DNA of 64,000 nucleotides from Eledone cirrhosa. Lineage: Eukaryota. The stretch covers positions 16,182,001 through 16,246,000 of the forward strand of contig OZ024758.1 of the NCBI GenBank assembly GCA_964016885.1, in the 5' to 3' direction. Below the pieces are notes generated by a model. The model worked only from the letters and a program-made list of their open reading frames with translations, ran no database searches and was not told where the DNA came from. Positions within the stretch are counted from its first letter, which is position 1. Each line of letters opens with the position of its first letter. Positions 57,153 to 64,000 of the stretch are shown one piece after another. A program made the translations under genes and the position numbers.

Positions 57153-57727
57153 ACATGACTTCTACAGAACTAAAACTGTTACATTAGTAAGAAATCATCT
57201 TTTTATATTTGCTTTTTATATCTCACGCTGGTAAAAATATAGTGTGAAAATGCAGTTGGACTCTTTAGAAAGATGTATTGATAATAGCTTTACCGGTTTC
57301 ACATTTAGAGGATTTTCAAAAGTTAAGTGAGAATCATTCAAACGTGAAATCGGTAAAATTATTGAATCTTCTGAAAGACTTCAACTGCATTTTGAACTTC
57401 CTTTTGTTACAATCTTTTAATCATCTCCTGTTCTAGCCGACTGGAATTATATATTTATTTATCTATATATAATTATAATTATTTAGGAGTTTCTGTGTAA
57501 CGCATTGTGTGACATGGCTGTCCTCCCTAAACCCAATCGACGAGTTACCAAACAGTTTCCTCTCTACATATTTTCATTCACAAATCTTGAGTCATCCCGA
57601 TGTTTTGGCAATTGAAACTAGCGCAAGATTCTACACAGTGGAATCGAAACCAGGAATTTATGATTGCCAAAACAAACAGCTAAACTATTCGGCCATAGTA
57701 CGACCACAACACCCACGTATTATATCA

Positions 57728-57912
57728 GTGGATTGGCAGTATCGGTAGAGGGTCGGACGACATGCCTTGACGCATAGTTACGGCCCTTGCCATTCTGAGT
57801 TCGAATCCTGCCAAGGTTAACTTTACCTTTCATCCTTACGGGGTCGATAAAATAAAGTACCAGTAATGCACTGGGTGATTGCTGGCCTTGGCGCCAAAAA
57901 GTAGAAACAATT
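57728..57912 (+). mobile_element. SINE family A
   Basis: Family consensus. Confidence 0.85.
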
Positions 57913-57986
57913 ATATCAATTATTGCTTTATAGAATATTTATAAGAATAAAGTAGCTTAATAGTTAACAAATCATATATATATATA

Positions 57987-58309
57987 TAGGAACAAGTAAG
58001 ACCCCTAATGATTCCTGGGTGTTGATCCATAGGCTAAGTCGGGCGTGTTGCTTGACTTTTGGTATCACGCGGTCTAGGATTTTTTTGCTGATTCTCCCTA
58101 TGTCGGACTTCGTTGGGTTTATAAGCCTGATAGATGGTTTACGGTCGAAATCCGATTTGTGGTCCTTCAGTGTGAAGTAGGGTGTCCGTGGGTCTAGGGG
58201 TTCGGTGGGTCTAGGGGTCTTACTTGTTCCTATTACCCACTCTATTACCCTAAGTATTGAGTACTTTGGTGCGTTATGGTCCACCTGGTTCCTTACCACA
58301 TTTCCTTCG

Positions 58310-58311
<2 letters not shown>
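57987..58311. mobile_element. PLE family A chimeric insertion: RT fragment between inverted termini, in (TA)n
   Basis: taggaacaagtaagacccc ... ggggtcttacttgttccta plus the family A tail. Confidence 0.75.
58011..58192 (-). pseudogene. Penelope-like retroelement reverse transcriptase fragment
   Basis: PRTPYFTLKDHKSDFDRKPSIRLINPTKSDIGRISKKILDRVIPKVK...LSLWINTQ matches the TLKDHK..RLINP.KS.IG.ISK.IL...W.NT pattern of PLE RT N-terminal motifs (recalled as Naiad-type; clade is inferred). Confidence 0.8.
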
Positions 58312-58343
<32 letters not shown>

Positions 58344-58347
<4 letters not shown>

Positions 58348-58524
58348 TGTTATACTTGGGGAGGGTCATATTTGTGTAATATTGCCAGAATTAATAACAG
58401 AACACACTCACTGTTTGGTTGGTTTTCTGTTATTAATTCTGGCAATATTACACAAATATGACCCTCCCCAAGTATAACAGTATTTGTTTCGACACACGAT
58501 TTCATATAAAAAGCCTCGCTAAAC
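58344..58524 (+). mobile_element. Fold-back insertion flanked by (TA)n
   Basis: Perfect 59-bp arms 58344-58402 / 58425-58483 plus a ~40-nt tail. Confidence 0.7.
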
Positions 58525-59008
58525 TATATATATATATATATATATATCGTTATTAAGGTTGCCAGTGGCGGTGTCACATGTTTATCACTGACATTGTTAG
58601 TTATTAAATAGCTTTTATTAGATCATTAATTTGTAGCGACGTGTTCAATATATTCTGAGAGTCTGTAAAATAGAATAATAAGGTCATACAATAGTCTATA
58701 ATAATTTCTATTTAGTACTTCGTATCTAATCCAAATGGTGCTTCTGATTGAGAGTTAAATATAACTTAATACAATGAATGTAGTCAAATACCATCTAATT
58801 CAAATGTACACACTCACAGACACATATCTATATGTCTCCATATATTTATATATATCTACCTATCTATATATATGTGTAACTATGTATCTATCTCTCTGTA
58901 TGTATGTATATATATATATCTATGTATATATATATATGCGTATCTATATTTATATATTTATCCATGTATATATCAATCTATCTATGTATCTCTCTCTATG
59001 TATGTATG

Positions 59009-59044
<36 letters not shown>

Positions 59045-59469
59045 GTGTGTGTGTGCATATAAGTAAATGTTTTTGAATGTATTGCCTTCTCCTCCATTTA
59101 TTCTGCTTATATATATATATATAAATAATCTCTCTCTAATCTTTCTCTCTCTCTATAATCTTTCTCTCTATACATATGTATGTATCTATATATAAATATG
59201 TATGTATATTTATATGGTTTTCGTTTCTGTATCTTTTATATCAGTTAATTCATTCGGTCCTCAATGTTTACCATTGACTGACCAACAGTAAAAAATTCAC
59301 ATATAATATATACACGCATATATATATAGTCTAACAAAGTTCTTTCGTTGCACATCTGCAACATCGTCAGTGGTGCTATTATGTTCCTCCTGTTGTATTG
59401 TATACCTACGCCATCTTTATATATATGTGTTTGTGTCTATATTATATATTTATATGCATATTGACATTG

Positions 59470-59655
59470 CAGTCAGTACTCCTTTGGGAGCCCCTACATG
59501 GACACACTAGAAGAGGAAGACCAAGGTTAACGTATGTTGATGTCCTAAGGACAGACACTGGTCTGTTGGAGATGCAGGACATGGCAGCGATAATGAGGGA
59601 CAGAGACCGCTGGAGAGAACTCGTCCATGGATCTCGGGAATTTTACCCGCCTTAG
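59470..59655 (+). pseudogene. LINE (RTE-like) ORF C-terminal fragment
   Basis: VLLWEPLHGHTRRGRPRLTYVDVLRTDTG...MRDRDRWRELV; GRP...DR..WR is a typical LINE C-terminal signature. Confidence 0.8.
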
Positions 59656-59996
59656 ATACATATATATATACTTGACTACAGAAATCTGTCAAAAACTAGG
59701 GCATATGAAGACTCATAACGGAAAAGGTGGGCGTTAACATGTCTGGGAATCGAACTCAGTCCTTATTCTCACGACAAATGTGCTGTACAGATAACACGCC
59801 ACGGTGTGTGTTGGTGTAACAGTTATAATATGGCGAAAGTTTCTAATTCTATTTAAAAAAAATTTCAATCGTTCCTTGTATCCTAATTCATACAAATATA
59901 TATACACATATATAATTACATACACATTCACTCAAATATATATATATATACACATATATATAATTACACATATATTCACACAGATATATATACACA

Positions 59997-60037
<41 letters not shown>

Positions 60038-60193
60038 AAGTTATGTACATAACTAAGCTCTGTAGCCTACATAAAGCACTCTTTTTTTCTGTACCTTTCC
60101 GACGGAATTCCTTCATTTACACATATATAAATGAAATATATAATACATATATATATATATATATATACATATCTGTATATATAAAATAAATAA

Positions 60194-60236
<43 letters not shown>

Positions 60237-60320
60237 CATATCTGTATATATATATATATATACATACATATCTGTATATATAAAATAAATATATGATATA
60301 TATATATATATATATATATA

Positions 60321-60715
60321 TGGTGGCTGCCAACTCGTTTTCGAGTACGGCCACTACTTTATATCTATGTAGGAGAACCCCTACCGATGCGCTGAACGAG
60401 TGTGACTTTTTTAATCCAGCCAGCGACTTGAAAACTCTGGTACAAACATTACACTTGTGACAATTATTGACACACAGTGCTGGGCCCATGGTACCATGTG
60501 ACGACAAGTGCAGAGAGATCTCCAGATATAAAGCAATGCCTGTGCCGTGAAGCTTTTATAGTGAGCAAAGGCACTGCACAAAGCCAGTCCCACTCTCTTA
60601 ACCAAGATGATATTTACCAAAAAGAAGAACAAGTCAACATCATTGGATACTATCAGGGTTGCAGGTGTTATATCAGTGTTTTCCTTCTCCTAGAATTCTG
60701 CCTTGACAAAGGCTA
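60321..60715 (-). mobile_element. RTE-derived retroelement copy (5'-truncated) in (TA)n
   Basis: Near-identical to 5585-5980; encodes [17 protein letters not shown]. Confidence 0.7.
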
Positions 60716-61172
60716 ATATATATATATATATATATATATATACAAACATACAAACACGTATAGTATGAAGACATTTTGTAATTGCTATGGAAGTGTTAGG
60801 AGAAATAGTCTAGAGTTTCTTCAATATTTCCATACTTGAATTATGAGTAAATAAATTAATCATAGGTTTGTAGTCATAACATGATTAGACATGGCTGTCA
60901 ATACTGCGTTTATTTGTGACACAAATTACAACGTCATACATTTCTATATAACCTACACCGAGCTGAACATATGGATGTACATACACAGAAAGATGTAAGC
61001 CAACACACTCATAAACATACGCACACATACACATGCATACGCACATAAACATACGCACACGTACACACACACATACACACATATATATGTATATATATAT
61101 ATAAGTGTATCTATATATATATTCATATATATACGTAGACATATATATGATCTGTATGCGTATCCGCATGTA

Positions 61173-61220
<48 letters not shown>

Positions 61221-61280
61221 TACGTGTATATATACATGTGTATATATATATATATGTATATATACACGTATAAATGGTTA

Positions 61281-61330
<50 letters not shown>

Positions 61331-61949
61331 TATGTATAGATACATGTGTATGTATAGATAAATATATATATTTATAGATACATATATGTATGTATAGAGA
61401 TATATACATATATAAATATATGCATATATAAATATATATATACATATATGTACATATACATATATGTACATATACATATATGTACATATGCATATAAGTA
61501 CATATGCATATAAGTACATATACATATAAGTACATATACATATAAGTACATATACATATGTATATATACATATATGTATATATACATATATGTATATATA
61601 CATATATGTATATTTAAACATTCATATATATGAATGAATTAAAACAGAAGAGTGTAGTTAATTACAATATATTAATATAATTAACGAAATAATAACATGA
61701 ATAACAACATAATATAATGAATGTTATATAATGAATGATACAAAGCAACAAAGTTTTCAACTTATCGTAGACATATGTAATTATCTTTGTATGAAGAGTT
61801 CGTCGCTCAGTTATCTTCCTTAATTTATCAAATGATAAAGGAAAATAAAGAGAAAGTTATATAATTTTCCAGCAATATATTCTTAAGATATAAATTTCTT
61901 GTTTTTCTTAAAGTCAAACTCCATCTTTACTTTTATATCATATTAACTG

Positions 61950-61968
61950 AATCATATATTGTATGTGT

Positions 61969-62024
<56 letters not shown>

Positions 62025-62064
62025 ATGTGTTGTATGCGTTATATGTACGTATGTATATATATAG

Positions 62065-62095
<31 letters not shown>

Positions 62096-63120
62096 GTAAG
62101 TATTTATATATATATATATGTATGTATGTATGTAAGTATTTATATATATATATATATATATATGTATGTAAGTATTTATATATATATATGTATGTAAGTA
62201 TTTATATATATATATGTATGTAAGTATTTATATATATGTATGTAAGTATATATATGTATATATTTATGTATATATATATATGTATATATTTATGTATATA
62301 TATATATGTAAATATTTATATATATAAATATATGTAAATATTTATATATATAAATATATGTAAATATTTATGTATATATATATATGTAAATATTTATGTA
62401 TATATATATATGTAAATATTTATGTATATATATATATGTAAATATTTATGTATATATATATGTAAATATTTATGTATATATATATATGTAAATATTTATG
62501 TATATATATATATGTAAATATTTATATATATATATATGTAAATATTTATATATATATATATGTAAATATTTATATATATATATGTAAATATTTATATATA
62601 TATATATGTAAATATTTATATATATATATATGTAAATATTTATATATATATATATGTAAATATTTATATATATATATATGTAAATATTTATATATATATA
62701 TATGTAAATATTTATATATATGTATGTAAATATTTATATATATATATGTATGTAAATATTTATATATATATATGTATGTAAATATTTATTTATATATATG
62801 TATGTAAATATTTATTTATATATATGTATGTAAATATTTATTTATATATATGTATGTAAATATTTATTTATATATATGTATGTAAATATTTATTTATATA
62901 TATGTATGTAAATATTTATTTATATATATGTATGTAAATATTTATTTATATATATGTATGTAAATATTTATTTATATATATGTATGTAAATATTTATTTA
63001 TATATATGTATGTAAATATTTATTTATATATATGTATGTAAATATTTATTTATATATATGTATGTAAATATTCATATGTAAATATTTGTATGTATGTATG
63101 TATGTATGTATGTATGTATC
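61950..63120. repeat. (TA)n-derived ~24-bp minisatellite (tatgtatgtaaatatttatttata)
   Basis: Direct inspection. Confidence 0.9.
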
Positions 63121-63216
63121 CATCCAAAATTAAATTAAGGGTGTTATGTCAGAGAGACATGCACTATATCCACTGTAGAATATGCTCAAAGATTCCAATG
63201 AATAGATCCGAGCATT

Positions 63217-63526
63217 TTATATCATCTAGAAATTGATTGACATATATATACATATATCTAAAATAAACACATGAAACAATCACAGTGGTTAATTTGTAAA
63301 GTATGTAAACACACACAGCTAGGTAGGTAACTAATTAAAATTTAACTAAAACTTCAAATATAGATACCTTTTTAAAATGAATAATCATTTTAAAAGGTAT
63401 CTATATTTGAAGTTCTAGTTAAACTTTAAGCACACACAGCTAGATAGGTAACAAATTATCCCCTGTGATTGTTTCATGTTTATTTCATATATATATATAT
63501 GTCAATCAATTTCTAGTTGATATAAA
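63217..63526. mobile_element. Imperfect fold-back element
   Basis: tatatcatctagaaattgattgac ... gtcaatcaatttctagttgatata, centred on aaaatga-ataa-tcatttt. Confidence 0.6.
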
Positions 63527-63541
63527 TATTTATATATAATG

Positions 63542-63575
<34 letters not shown>

Positions 63576-63704
63576 TTTATAAATATATATATATGTAAAT
63601 ATTTATTTATATGTATGTATGTATGTATGTAAATATTTATAAATATATATATATGTAAATATTTATTTGTATGTATGTATGTATGTATGCATGTATGTAT
63701 TTAT

Positions 63705-63786
63705 ACTCGTTCAGCGCATCGGTAGGAGTTCTCCTACATGGATATAAAATAGTGGCCGTACTCGAAAACGAGTTGGCAGCCACCAT
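63705..63786 (+). mobile_element. RTE-derived retroelement 3' end
   Basis: ctcgttcagcgcatcggtagg...gagttggcagccacca matches the 5585 family. Confidence 0.7.
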
Positions 63787-64000
63787 GTGTTTATGTATGT
63801 ATGTATGTATTCATATATGTATGTGTTGTGTGTATTGTATGTGTTGTATAAGGCTTGTAATTCCTCCTATAAAGATGCTGGCGGTTACTAATTACGATAG
63901 ATCCACCTAAAGATATTCCAGCGGAATTTAGATAATAAACAAAAGTAAAGTGACTATATGAAAAGTTGTATATTTTCATTATGTGGTTTAGTTGTTTTAT

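Overview
AT-rich eukaryotic intergenic or intronic DNA made almost entirely of (TA)n/(CA)n/(CT)n microsatellites, minisatellites and transposon debris. The repeat repertoire resembles an octopus or other coleoid cephalopod genome (inference). No complete host gene is visible; there is one candidate terminal exon near 12.62 kb. Almost all long ORFs in the track are microsatellite or minisatellite artefacts. Recognisable elements: several tRNA-derived SINE families (one with >20 copies), RTE-type LINE fragments, three non-autonomous Helitrons, Tigger/pogo, mariner, piggyBac-type and hAT MITEs, and a Penelope-like (PLE) reverse-transcriptase fragment. The most notable signal is about a dozen fold-back (long inverted-repeat) insertions from several unrelated families, mostly sitting in (TA)n tracts. 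Many carry type I hammerhead ribozyme (HHR) folds that can be traced by eye. In one family the inversion axis falls repeatedly at HHR stem II, and an RT fragment is joined at the predicted cleavage site. Several families also share a GAGTRCT motif about 50-70 nt from the 3' junction. Coordinates were read by eye and may be off by a few bases.
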